From IMG/VR virus record IMGVR_UViG_3300032214_001699, positions 1 through 53,960 of that record: a stretch of 53,960 bases of DNA; one strand, 5' to 3'. Below, in pieces: positions 37,042 through 46,101 of the stretch. A program made the translations under genes and the position numbers. The notes beneath the pieces were generated by a model that ran no database searches, had not been told where the DNA came from, and was given only the letters and a program-made list of their open reading frames with translations. The first letter of the stretch is position 1. The number at the start of each line of letters is the position of its first letter. The stretch is from a virus. Its lineage: Duplodnaviria; Caudoviricetes.

Positions 37042-37404
37042 TTATTTCGAAAGTTGATACTCTAACATTTTAATGCAAATTTGCATCATTTCTTTTTTTT
37101 CCATTCTTTGTTTTAGTGAATTCACGCAGTATATGCACCAGACTATATTCTCCTTTATGTAACCTTTTTCAGGATCAACACAGTCCAGCGTCATCTTGTA
37201 AGGATCGTTTAGTTCGTCCTTACTTCTTCTTTTTACGTGCATTTGAATTCCGGAATAAAAACAATTGCCATTCTGCTTATCAAAAGCCTCTGACAGATCA
37301 GAGTGGGATAAGTCGAATGGCAATCCTTTTTTTAGCGCCCTTCTGTAAGCTCCCCGGTAAGCCTTTTGGAACATGTTCTTCTTTATATCAGCTTTGCGTT
37401 CCAT
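37042..37404 (-). CDS. HNH-like (beta-beta-alpha) endonuclease-family protein
   Basis: QNGNCFYSG...TLDCVDPEKGYIKENIVWCIYCVNSLK pattern. Confidence 0.7.
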   Translation of the reverse strand: MERKADIKKNMFQKAYRGAYRRALKKGLPFDLSHSDLSEAFDKQNGNCFYSGIQMHVKRRSKDELNDPYKMTLDCVDPEKGYIKENIVWCIYCVNSLKQRMEKKEMMQICIKMLEYQLSK

Positions 37405-37418
37405 CTTGCCTCCTAAAA

Positions 37419-37676
37419 TCAGGTGGGGTTATTCAGAACATTTACCATAACCCTCTGGCCGAGCTTCGCTCCAGAAGCCTTTGCTATAGTTCTTATTGCA
37501 TTTGCAATACGCCCCTGCTTTCCGATGATCTTACCAACGTCATCCTTTGCAACCTTTACCTCGAAAAGCGTTCCTTTCTCAGATTGAATTTCCGAAACAA
37601 CGACCGCAGATTGCTCATCAACAATTGACTCTATCATTATTCTAACTAAGTTTTGAACCTGTGATGTATCACTCAT
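37419..37676 (-). CDS. khpA: KH-domain RNA-binding protein KhpA (UPF0109)
   Basis: Likely start MSDTSQ at 37676 (GGAG RBS); IVDEQSAVVV...EVKVAKDDVGKIIGKQGRIANAIRTI with the GxxG loop GKQG. Confidence 0.9.
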   Translation of the reverse strand: MSDTSQVQNLVRIMIESIVDEQSAVVVSEIQSEKGTLFEVKVAKDDVGKIIGKQGRIANAIRTIAKASGAKLGQRVMVNVLNNPT

Positions 37677-37677
37677 T

Positions 37678-38187
37678 TTATTCTCCACTATTAATCTTGA
37701 TAACTTTTGTTTGTATTTTAACAATTGCAGGTACGATTACATGCAAAAGTCCATTCTCCATTATAGCTTTTAGATTCGATATGTCGAAATCCTGGCTTAT
37801 GTAGAAACTACAAGAAAAATTTCTTCTAGCTATTCCTCTCAGGATTGCCCCATGTTGAATTTTAGGCTGAGGATCTTTTATTGCAACAGAAGAATTTTCA
37901 TCTTCCTGCTGCTGCTTCGGTTCTCCATATTCTGGTTTTGAAGTTCTGATGTTAAACTCATTGCCAGATATTGAAATCTCTAAGTCTGATGGTGAGTAAC
38001 CCGCCAAGGCGAATTCCATATGAAATGTACCATCGGCATCACACCACTGGTCATACTTTGGGAAGGAGCCAACTATATTGGCTTTCTTTAGAGCCGATAC
38101 TTCCCTGAAAAACTCATCATCATAAAGCAAAAGATTTACTATCTTTCCGGGTATTGAAATTCTACTATTTCTAACTTTAGCGCTCAT
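37678..38187 (-). CDS. Small heat-shock protein (Hsp20/IbpA-like)
   Basis: FPKYD, EFALAGY...LEIS, RGIARRNF, AIMENGLLHV; likely start 38187. Confidence 0.88.
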   Translation of the reverse strand: MSAKVRNSRISIPGKIVNLLLYDDEFFREVSALKKANIVGSFPKYDQWCDADGTFHMEFALAGYSPSDLEISISGNEFNIRTSKPEYGEPKQQQEDENSSVAIKDPQPKIQHGAILRGIARRNFSCSFYISQDFDISNLKAIMENGLLHVIVPAIVKIQTKVIKINSGE

Positions 38188-38235
38188 CTTTTCTCCGTTC
38201 ATCATTTTCAATTTGACGAGAAATCTCAAGAATTA

Positions 38236-38577
38236 TCATACTTCTGTATCGGCCTGCCCCAAATCATCCTGATTTACCTGATCTTTTGAAATCAGGTGCA
38301 TCATATAAGCGGAACCGGAGTTTAAAATATCTCCCAGGTTATACAGAATCCAGCTTGAAACGCTGACTATTCCGCCAAGTACAATTGGTGGAAACTTCAT
38401 GCTTACAAAGCCGAAGAACATTCCGACCCAAAAGCCTAAGCACATCGGGCATGATATTAGCTCTCCGAGAAAATCACTCTTACTTTTTACCGCAGCCCTA
38501 ATATCCTCAAATATTGTTCCTGCTGATATAAGAATTGTGATTCCGCAATAACCTAAGATAGCTTCAATTAAACTCAT
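38236..38577 (-). CDS. DUF1360-like membrane protein
   Basis: Hydrophobic segments with LGELISCPMCLGFWVG. Confidence 0.7.
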   Translation of the reverse strand: MSLIEAILGYCGITILISAGTIFEDIRAAVKSKSDFLGELISCPMCLGFWVGMFFGFVSMKFPPIVLGGIVSVSSWILYNLGDILNSGSAYMMHLISKDQVNQDDLGQADTEV

Positions 38578-38620
38578 ATTTTGTTATTACCTATTTTTTA
38601 TTTGAAAATCAAAAATATTT

Positions 38621-39619
38621 TTATTTCGATAGGAAATTATTTAACAGGTGATCCATCTTTCTAGCAATATATGCGTGCTCAACCTGAGCATGATGAGAAT
38701 CTCTAAGTTCCAAATAGTGAATGAAATCATCGTGATAAAAGGTTATATAAAGCTCTGTCATCCTTCCTTCTGGAAGGATATATCTTACGAATTCCCTAAA
38801 TCTCTTATATTCTTCGTTCGTTATTGCGTCGTTCGCCTTTCCAGTCTTTGCGACACCCATCATCCACTGATAATCTTCGAATGCGCCAATATCTCTGCTG
38901 ATGATTTGAGATATAGAATCCTGAATATCGAGCTTATCTGATATAAGCAGAATATCATCATATATGGTAACCATATCTTGATTCAGGGTTCTGTAGCGCC
39001 CTGAAGTCATATTGAAGCTACCCGTTCGATGACGAAGTATCTGCACGGCGATCGACAAGGGACAGCACACCCTCCACGTAGCCCGTAAATGGTCGCTGGA
39101 GCCGGGGTTGTGGACTTCGATTAGCTCCACACCGATTCCGTGGTCGGAGCCCAGGACGGCATCATAATCGACGGCTGGCGGGTCATGCTTTGGCGGGGGG
39201 CCAAAACCATCCACAACAGAAGCCATAAGAGGCTCCTGAGCCTGGAAGATCTTCCAGAACTCATGCTCCCTATAATTTGAATTAAAATCTCTCTTGCAAA
39301 TCTTTATAAAATTAAAAAGATCTATTGTTAGGATTTCATGGCTATCATCGCTGCCATCATATCTGGCATATCCGCTATATATGAAAGGAGACATATCCCA
39401 ACCAAGTGAAGAACCATCCTCATCTTCTTCACTCTTGCTTTTTATAAAGGATAGAGTCACACACTCAAATGGGGTTGTATGATAATGCTCGACCAAAAAT
39501 TTGGTTACGCGAATTACTTCCTCATCAGACTTTGCGGAAGCCTTCGACTCTTCTAAGGTTGAAACCCAAGCAGAATTCGCAATGCTTCTTAGATTTCCAG
39601 TTACAACCAGCTTCATCAT
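38621..39619 (-). CDS. thyX: Flavin-dependent thymidylate synthase (divergent, with insertion)
   Basis: HTTPFE, RHR-x7-S motif RHRTGSFNMTSGRY, RYILPEG..TEL, LELR...HAQVE. Confidence 0.85.
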   Translation of the reverse strand: MMKLVVTGNLRSIANSAWVSTLEESKASAKSDEEVIRVTKFLVEHYHTTPFECVTLSFIKSKSEEDEDGSSLGWDMSPFIYSGYARYDGSDDSHEILTIDLFNFIKICKRDFNSNYREHEFWKIFQAQEPLMASVVDGFGPPPKHDPPAVDYDAVLGSDHGIGVELIEVHNPGSSDHLRATWRVCCPLSIAVQILRHRTGSFNMTSGRYRTLNQDMVTIYDDILLISDKLDIQDSISQIISRDIGAFEDYQWMMGVAKTGKANDAITNEEYKRFREFVRYILPEGRMTELYITFYHDDFIHYLELRDSHHAQVEHAYIARKMDHLLNNFLSK

Positions 39620-40824
39620 TCACCTTCCTTCTTTCCAATAACTATAACTTTTTTACCACCAAATGTCTGATTTGCTACATCGCGAATGTCTTCCAATGTG
39701 ACAGAATCAATCTTTTTGATAATTCGGTTTAGATTTGGAAGCTTCCCGGTCATAAAGAATCTACCGACCTTCGTAAACGCAAGATGTTTCTGATCTTCCC
39801 ACGAAGAATATAGCGACGCCTTTAGCTTGTTCTTTGCTCGCTGCAACTCTTCGTCCAAGACGCTCTCTGTAGAAATCTTGCTTAGCTCAGAGTAGATTAG
39901 CTCAAAAGCCTTCTCAAGGTTCTGGTGTCGCGTTGAAAAGCTGACAGAGAACATTCCATTTTTCTTATCGACATTTACGCTTGTATTGATTCCATAAACA
40001 AGATTGTTTTTCTCACGAACCTCCTGAAAAAGTCTGCTATCCATACCACCGCCAAGGATAGATGACAGTACGTTTAGTGCTGGAGACTTCTTTGAGGCAA
40101 GCGATAGAGTCGAGAATGATACATATACATGTGACTGCTCAAGCTCCTTCCTCTCAACCACAATCTGCTTTTCTTTTTTGAGACGAGACTTCTCCTGCTC
40201 TAGGATTCTGTTGAACGAGTCGTCATTTGGATAGAATGACTTCTCAAGCAAACTTATAATGTCGTCCTTCTTGAGTGAAGATGAACAAGAAATTACCATG
40301 TTTTCTGGCTTATAAAATGAATCATGAAAATTCTTTAAATCTGAGATCTGAATTGCTTCAATAGACTCTTTCGTTCCAATAATTGGATTCTTGTAGTAGT
40401 TTGTGTAAAAATTAGAAAAGAGAGCGTCTCGCATAAGATCGGAAACGTCGTCACGATATGAGTAGTATTCTTCCAGAATTACTTGTCGTTCCTTCTCAAG
40501 CTCTTCCTCTGGAAATAGCGGATTCTTAATCATATCAGAAAAGATCTTGATGGCGGGCTCAAGATTTTCTACGGGGACAGTGATGTGATATACAACCTTG
40601 TCGTGACTAGTGAATGCATTCGTGTCGCCACCAAGAAACGCAATTCCTCTTGAAATTTCAAACTGAGAAAGACTTCGACTTCCCTTAAACATAAAGTGCT
40701 CAAGAAAGTGCGCCGTTCCTAGTGGAAATACGTGCTTAGATTCGAGCGCAGAACCAGCCTGAAGTGCGATGGCAACTGTTGTTAGTCGGCTGTTAGTCTT
40801 TGTGTAAAAATACTTCATATGCAT
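39616..40824 (-). CDS. M16 (pitrilysin/MPP-like) zinc peptidase
   Basis: Inverted zinc motif AHFLEHFMFKGS, NAFTS, ERQVILEE, LGGGMDSRLFQEVREK..LVY. Confidence 0.93.
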   Translation of the reverse strand: MHMKYFYTKTNSRLTTVAIALQAGSALESKHVFPLGTAHFLEHFMFKGSRSLSQFEISRGIAFLGGDTNAFTSHDKVVYHITVPVENLEPAIKIFSDMIKNPLFPEEELEKERQVILEEYYSYRDDVSDLMRDALFSNFYTNYYKNPIIGTKESIEAIQISDLKNFHDSFYKPENMVISCSSSLKKDDIISLLEKSFYPNDDSFNRILEQEKSRLKKEKQIVVERKELEQSHVYVSFSTLSLASKKSPALNVLSSILGGGMDSRLFQEVREKNNLVYGINTSVNVDKKNGMFSVSFSTRHQNLEKAFELIYSELSKISTESVLDEELQRAKNKLKASLYSSWEDQKHLAFTKVGRFFMTGKLPNLNRIIKKIDSVTLEDIRDVANQTFGGKKVIVIGKKEGE

Positions 40825-40917
40825 TACCTCAGTTGAATGTTACTGGATTAAAAAAACTTACAGGAGGTTGGATTGAAAAAAGAGTGAGCGGTGAAGCTAA
40901 AAGAAGAAATTTTGGAC

Positions 40918-40955
40918 AAAAAAATAGCTGGGCAGTAATTTACCACCCAGCTATT
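40918..40955 (-). terminator. Rho-independent terminator
   Basis: Stem AATAGCTGGG/CCCAGCTATT running into a T-tract on the minus strand. Confidence 0.75.
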
Positions 40956-40970
40956 CAAACAGGCTCCCTT

Positions 40971-42116
40971 TTAGTTCGCCTTCTGCTCAATTACAACTTT
41001 CTTTCCGTAAGGAGCAGAGTTTAGATAGTTCTCGTTACCCTTGCAGACAGCCCAAAGAACACGGCTTTTTGGCTTTGGTGGGAATGGGGCGCAGCAGTCC
41101 GTAAAGATGATAATTCCATCGTAATGATTTTCATCTGCAAGCTTGATCGGCGCCGAGAAGTCTGTACCTCCCCTACCCCTAATATCTAGAGTCTTAAGCT
41201 TCTTTTCGAAAGGCTCAGGCTCTGTACGAAGCCCATGATCAAACTGAACAAGATCGACCTTTACATGGCTAATCATTCCATTGATCTCTTGGAGAAAATA
41301 CTGCAACTCCTTGTCCGATACGGAGCCCGAAGTGTCAATAGCAACAAGAATTCTGGAAATATAATCTCGCTTTGAGCCCGGATTGTTATATCCGTAGCGA
41401 CGATTTGGACGCATACGTGTATTCCTGCGTCCCATCAGGATGATTTGATTGATGAAGTATCGAACCTCCTTCTTCCAATTGACAACAGGCTTATTTGCAG
41501 CAATGATCTTTTGGGCCAAATCTCCAGAGATATCTCCCCAGCCCTTCTTCTCCTGCTCTTTGATTGCCTTCTCTGCAATTCCGCGAACCTTTTCCTTGAT
41601 AATGTCATCGTCACAATCACCCCACATGGAGTGATCATCGACAAGCTCTCCCTTACCATCAAGGTTGATTTCGCCACCCTCTCCCGCCTCAGACTTCAGC
41701 TTCTCATAATACCATTCGGCAGACTGATTATTCTCAAGGCTAAAAGCCTTCGGAAATAGGGCTCCCTCAGGAAGCCCCTCAATGTGGCAATTAATCGCCA
41801 GATCAGCAGAGATATTATATCCGCGAGGATTATAATTGAAGTATTCCGTTCGCGAAAGATGATGCAGCAGAATATGAAGTGCTTCATGCTTCAAGACTGC
41901 ACGAAGCTCTGTGCCGGAAAGCTTCTTTACGAAGTCAGGATTGTAATAGAGGGCCAAGTCAACCCGGCGTGTGGTCCCTACTGCCATCGTGGGAAGATCT
42001 TGTCGCTCAATCTTGTTTAGATAAAGAAATACTGTGCCATATAGTGGGTAAAGAAGGACGAGCGTAGAGATGGAACTCTCAAGTAGATCTCGGGCCGCAC
42101 GATCAAAACTGGACAT
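40971..42116 (-). CDS. DUF2201-type metallopeptidase + vWA domain protein
   Basis: HEALH (HExxH), NISADLAIN, MIDAS DTSGS, GRGGTDF, IFTD. Confidence 0.88.
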   Translation of the reverse strand: MSSFDRAARDLLESSISTLVLLYPLYGTVFLYLNKIERQDLPTMAVGTTRRVDLALYYNPDFVKKLSGTELRAVLKHEALHILLHHLSRTEYFNYNPRGYNISADLAINCHIEGLPEGALFPKAFSLENNQSAEWYYEKLKSEAGEGGEINLDGKGELVDDHSMWGDCDDDIIKEKVRGIAEKAIKEQEKKGWGDISGDLAQKIIAANKPVVNWKKEVRYFINQIILMGRRNTRMRPNRRYGYNNPGSKRDYISRILVAIDTSGSVSDKELQYFLQEINGMISHVKVDLVQFDHGLRTEPEPFEKKLKTLDIRGRGGTDFSAPIKLADENHYDGIIIFTDCCAPFPPKPKSRVLWAVCKGNENYLNSAPYGKKVVIEQKAN

Positions 42117-42146
42117 AGGAAACCTCTTGTTTGGCTTGTTGAATCG

Positions 42147-42181
42147 AAAAGTAGTGAGGGAGGCTGTCTACCTCCCTCACT
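42147..42181 (-). terminator. Intergenic hairpin (terminator/attenuator)
   Basis: 11-bp stem AGTGAGGGAGG/CCTCCCTCACT (42153-42181) followed by ACTTTT on the minus strand. Confidence 0.65.
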
Positions 42182-42191
42182 GGCGCTGATC

Positions 42192-43253
42192 TTACTTCTC
42201 GCTTAGACCGTAAACCTTACGAAGAACTTCGCAGAAGTCTGGATCACTCTGCCATGGCAGAACAATCTTCTTCGTCTTGGTATTCCCAAGGAGTGAGGTC
42301 CACATGTTTGATGCAACGTCCTTTGGAACGATTGCAAAGAAAGACTTCAGAGCCACAATCTGCTTATCCTTCATCTTGTCTGAGCGACGATTGGAAACTT
42401 CGTCCACAATCGAATTTGCAAGTGCAGAGATAACCTCAATGTCGGAGCAAGCAGACTCAATCTTCGGAAGCATCTCTTCGTAACGATCGAGAACATCGGA
42501 CGGACGAAGCTGAGAGAATTCGTTGGTCAGGAACTTCTGAAACATAACTGCAATCTCTCGACCAACCCAGCCCTTAGTGACCTGAGTTAGAAGCCCATCG
42601 GCGTCGTCCGTCAGGTTCATGGCGAGAATCGTATCGCTCAGAGAAACCCAAGAACGGCGAGAAGGATAAACACGTCCTGACTCAAGGTTACCAACCGGAG
42701 GATCGAGAAGATTGTTGTTCCGGTTTACGAATTCAATAACCGCAGGATGAACACCGCCGCTACGAGCCCAATCAATCCATTCCTTTGGAGTAGGATCAAA
42801 ATCAATGACGAACCAACGGTCAAGTAGCGCAGGATCAAGCTCAACAACATCGTAATCATCATCAGCATTGATAGCTGCAACGACACGCCAGCCATCAGGA
42901 AGATGCTCGCCGTCGAGGCGGCGATCCAGACAGATCTCGAACACTGCCTGCAAAACATCCTTGCTGGCACGGTTCAACTCATCGAAGAAAAGAATACCCT
43001 TGCTATTGGGATCTCGTGGCCACCAGTAAGTCTTGAGGAAGGTGGTCAAACCCTTTACCGTGTCGAGGTGCGGAAGTCCCTTGATATCGCCAACTTCGCA
43101 CTGGGAGAGTCGAACGTCAAAAAATCCAACGCCCTGCTCTTGAGCGGACTGCTTGATCACGGAGGACTTTCCAACTCCGTGTTTCGCACGAAGCATGATC
43201 GACTTGTTGACTGGCATCTCACGGAGAATTCGCTTGGTTAGTGCAGCGTTCAT
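42192..43253 (-). CDS. MoxR-like AAA+ ATPase
   Basis: Walker A AKHGVGKS, DVRLSQ...DIKGLP, Walker B LFFDELNRA, VAAIN, LDPALLDRW, PSRRSW. Confidence 0.9.
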   Translation of the reverse strand: MNAALTKRILREMPVNKSIMLRAKHGVGKSSVIKQSAQEQGVGFFDVRLSQCEVGDIKGLPHLDTVKGLTTFLKTYWWPRDPNSKGILFFDELNRASKDVLQAVFEICLDRRLDGEHLPDGWRVVAAINADDDYDVVELDPALLDRWFVIDFDPTPKEWIDWARSGGVHPAVIEFVNRNNNLLDPPVGNLESGRVYPSRRSWVSLSDTILAMNLTDDADGLLTQVTKGWVGREIAVMFQKFLTNEFSQLRPSDVLDRYEEMLPKIESACSDIEVISALANSIVDEVSNRRSDKMKDKQIVALKSFFAIVPKDVASNMWTSLLGNTKTKKIVLPWQSDPDFCEVLRKVYGLSEK

Positions 43254-43315
43254 TTTTTACCTCTCAGCTAGTACATTTTGTGGGTTTCGCGAACGCCCTC
43301 TTGGCTCGCCCTTCA

Positions 43316-43344
43316 AGTTTAACCGCCCCTGCCGCATCCGTCAA
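43316..43344 (-). promoter_or_regulatory. Sigma70-type (early) promoter
   Basis: TTGACG-N17(GATGCGGCAGGGGCGGT)-TAAACT. Confidence 0.75.
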
Positions 43345-43410
43345 CTCAATTTCGCTTCTTTTTTTCGGCTTGGGTGGCGCCGCCCGAAGGAATTACCTTG
43401 TGGCAAAAAT

Positions 43411-43439
43411 AGCTTAACCACCCCAGGTGGGATGGTCAA
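43411..43439 (-). promoter_or_regulatory. Sigma70-type (early) promoter
   Basis: TTGACC-N17(ATCCCACCTGGGGTGGT)-TAAGCT. Confidence 0.75.
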
Positions 43440-43458
43440 GCGTTTTATATGTTTATTT

Positions 43459-43731
43459 TTAAGGTTCGGTTTCTTGTGTTGCTAGAGAATCATTTAAAGC
43501 GAACAGTGATTCTCGTAACTTCGAAAGAGTTCCTTTTAGACCTTCCAACTCAGGAGATTCTGAATTCCAATTTTCCTTAAACTTTTCAAAATTCATTTTT
43601 AGCTGAGCTTCATCTGTGGCGGGCGGTACAAGAGTCTGCATTGATGAAATCTTGTCGTATATAAGTTCTACCTTCTCTTCAATTGCTGAAATCTTTCGAT
43701 CCAAACTATCTAGTCTTTCTTCTAAAAACAT
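43459..43731 (-). CDS. Hypothetical coiled-coil protein
   Basis: 90-aa ORF with AGGAG RBS. Confidence 0.7.
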   Translation of the reverse strand: MFLEERLDSLDRKISAIEEKVELIYDKISSMQTLVPPATDEAQLKMNFEKFKENWNSESPELEGLKGTLSKLRESLFALNDSLATQETEP

Positions 43732-43739
43732 TTTTTCTC

Positions 43740-44036
43740 CTAAAAATCTACTTTTACTGTTCCAAGTCCAACAACCTGTATATTGTATTTTTCCTGAGAT
43801 ACATCCATTGGCTTTTCCGATTCTTCATCTATTCTTCGAACAACAGTTTTTGCCTTTGGTTTTACGACTTCTTTAATCTCTGAGGTTTTTTCTTTTTCAG
43901 CTGGAGATAATCTGGTACGAAGATTTAAGATGGATTGATGTAAGCTTTCAAGTTCGATCAAAGATTCAGAATGAGATCTCTTAAGTCTCGATATTGTAAG
44001 AAGCATCATATCGATTTCGTGATTTAGATCGCTCAT
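43740..44036 (-). CDS. Hypothetical protein
   Basis: 98-aa ORF, ATGA overlap with the guaB stop. Confidence 0.65.
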   Translation of the reverse strand: MSDLNHEIDMMLLTISRLKRSHSESLIELESLHQSILNLRTRLSPAEKEKTSEIKEVVKPKAKTVVRRIDEESEKPMDVSQEKYNIQVVGLGTVKVDF

Positions 44037-45535
44037 ATTTTCGTTCCGAAGGCATGTGATTCTGAGAGTCCGGATTGTGTTATTTTTATGAATCTTGCGT
44101 TGTGCCTAAGCTCCTCTATGCTTGAAGCGTTCACATAAGTCATTCCAGACCGAAGCCCTCCAGCGAATTCATAAATAACTTCAGAAACCTCACCAGAAAT
44201 CGGCACATAAGTTGAAACACCTTCAGCGCAAGTCGATGGCTTAAGACCTCCTCTCTTTTCCTGTTGCAATTCGCTAGAGGCCATTCCCCTGTATTTTTTC
44301 TTAAATGATTGAGCTTCTTCATCCCAAATCTTTTCGCCTGGAGCTTCAAGTGAAGACGCCAAGATTCTTCCGCATATAATGGCATCTGCTCCAGCAGCAA
44401 GTGATTTTACAAAATCTGCCGGATACCGAATTCCTCCATCAGCAATGATGCCTACGTTGGAATATTTCGGATTCTGTAAGCGAACTTCATTACTCTCAAA
44501 TACGGAATGTAGAGTTGGAGCACCCATTGCGGTTTGAATGCGTGTTTTGCATATACTATTATGAACAACAATTCCGTTTACATTATATGAGTGATCTTCT
44601 TCGACAGTCAGATCATGCACTGATCCAACATAATGCTTGCTTTCTTTTGAATTTATTTCAACTAATTTAAACTTCATCTCAGCTATCAACTCAATAAGGA
44701 GGTGAGTTTGCTGATCGAGATGTTCTGCTTCCACCCAGAAAGCATACTGGTGTATGTTTTGCTCATCAGTCAAATGCTGGTTATATTTTTTTATAACATA
44801 GAATTCATGATTCTTTGTGCATCCGATTCCATTGATTGAAACTATCTCTTCGTCTCTTTCGAACTTCATCGTATCTATTACAGATTTCCAAGAGCCAGTA
44901 TGAGTCAGGACGACATCTCCAATAGAAATATCTTCTATTGATTTCTGACCACCCTTTGTTAGAACTTTTGTCCCAGGGACAAAGCAGCCTCCTCCGATAC
45001 CAACCCTTACAGCATCGGCCCCTGATTCTGCAAGATACAAGAATCCTTCTCCAGTAGCAACGTTACCAGAGATAATCTTTGTATCTGGCGAGATAGACTT
45101 TATGTCCCAAATCATCTCTCTCATGTATGATGAGTGACCATTCGCAACATCGATTGCAACTGCATCAAGCGGAACTTCGCGGCTTAGAGACTTGAATCTT
45201 TCAAGCTCTTCCTTCCCGATACCAATCGCAGGAATTTTTGCAATATCTATCTTTGTCTCAGACTCGGCCCGAAGAATATCCTTTATGTTTGAAATCTGAG
45301 ATGATACATCCATAAATCTATGGACAATCCCAATTCCACCGCATTTTGCCATAGCTATAGCCATGGCCGATTCTGTGACAGTATCCATTGGTGATGAAAT
45401 AATTGGAATTCTGAGCTTCATCCCGGCAACCATAGAAACGGTTACTGGAACTGTTCTAGATCTAATTTGGGTGTAGCAAGGCTTAATCAAAACGTCGTCA
45501 AACGCCAAACATTCCGTAATATTCATGTCTATCAC
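44033..45535 (-). CDS. guaB: IMP dehydrogenase/GMP reductase family (GuaB, no CBS domains) with mini-intein
   Basis: [45 protein letters not shown]|intein|[33 protein letters not shown]. Confidence 0.9.
   Translation of the reverse strand: MIDMNITECLAFDDVLIKPCYTQIRSRTVPVTVSMVAGMKLRIPIISSPMDTVTESAMAIAMAKCGGIGIVHRFMDVSSQISNIKDILRAESETKIDIAKIPAIGIGKEELERFKSLSREVPLDAVAIDVANGHSSYMREMIWDIKSISPDTKIISGNVATGEGFLYLAESGADAVRVGIGGGCFVPGTKVLTKGGQKSIEDISIGDVVLTHTGSWKSVIDTMKFERDEEIVSINGIGCTKNHEFYVIKKYNQHLTDEQNIHQYAFWVEAEHLDQQTHLLIELIAEMKFKLVEINSKESKHYVGSVHDLTVEEDHSYNVNGIVVHNSICKTRIQTAMGAPTLHSVFESNEVRLQNPKYSNVGIIADGGIRYPADFVKSLAAGADAIICGRILASSLEAPGEKIWDEEAQSFKKKYRGMASSELQQEKRGGLKPSTCAEGVSTYVPISGEVSEVIYEFAGGLRSGMTYVNASSIEELRHNARFIKITQSGLSESHAFGTKI
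44558..44986 (-). mobile_element. Contiguous mini-intein (143 aa) in the GuaB catalytic loop
   Basis: CFVPGTKV...GCTKNHEFY...[21 protein letters not shown]|S; splicing restores GIGGG-SICKT. Confidence 0.95.
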
Positions 45536-46101
45536 CTATTTACGATATATCGGCTTGTATAAATTTCTTCGATCTTTCTTGCAAAGTCTTCAGACGTGGT
45601 TGATCTCCAGTCGAATCCAATACAAAGTCTCTCATACCAATAATGAGCAATTTCATGAGCAAATATGATATGAGTTGTTTCGAACGTATGATTTGTAACG
45701 GATATTGCATCAATTGCGTTCTTATGGCGAAGAGGATCGTAATACCCCCAAATTGACCCAAAACCTTTCTGGTCCGTGCTCACAATATATCCTGGAATGT
45801 TAAGCTCTTCAAAGGAAACTTCGTATAGTTCCAGATAATCTTTTGTATCACAGCCCTCTTTATAATTAGCCTTAATATAGTCTAGTGATATTTCACTCGC
45901 AACCTGAATGCTTTCTTTTAGATAATATTCTGGAACATAGGACTCATTCCTAATATATGACTTATATGTTATTGTTTTTTGCCGAACAGCCAGCGTTTGC
46001 TCTGGATAATGATGTTGCGACATAACTTTAAGCTCATTGTATGGCTCTGCGGCAAATGAGACGGCATTAAGAAAAAGTGCGGCTGAGAGCATTATTTTCA
46101 C
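45532..46101 (-). CDS. Putative exported protein with HExxH zinc-peptidase motif
   Basis: Signal-peptide-like MKIMLSAALFLNAVSFA; GYY...IFAHEIAHYWY...SEDFA. Confidence 0.65.
   Translation of the reverse strand: MKIMLSAALFLNAVSFAAEPYNELKVMSQHHYPEQTLAVRQKTITYKSYIRNESYVPEYYLKESIQVASEISLDYIKANYKEGCDTKDYLELYEVSFEELNIPGYIVSTDQKGFGSIWGYYDPLRHKNAIDAISVTNHTFETTHIIFAHEIAHYWYERLCIGFDWRSTTSEDFARKIEEIYTSRYIVNR

Noticed and set aside
43254-43458. tRNA or structured ncRNA in the largest GC-rich intergenic gap
   Set aside because: I could not build a cloverleaf or find a T-loop consensus; the two promoters explain much of the gap. A small leader RNA cannot be excluded without Infernal/tRNAscan.
43740-43800. 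C-terminal NIQVVGLG resembling the FtsZ/PhuZ N-terminal motif
   Set aside because: It lies at the very end of a 98-aa ORF, and no tubulin signature follows in the downstream gene.
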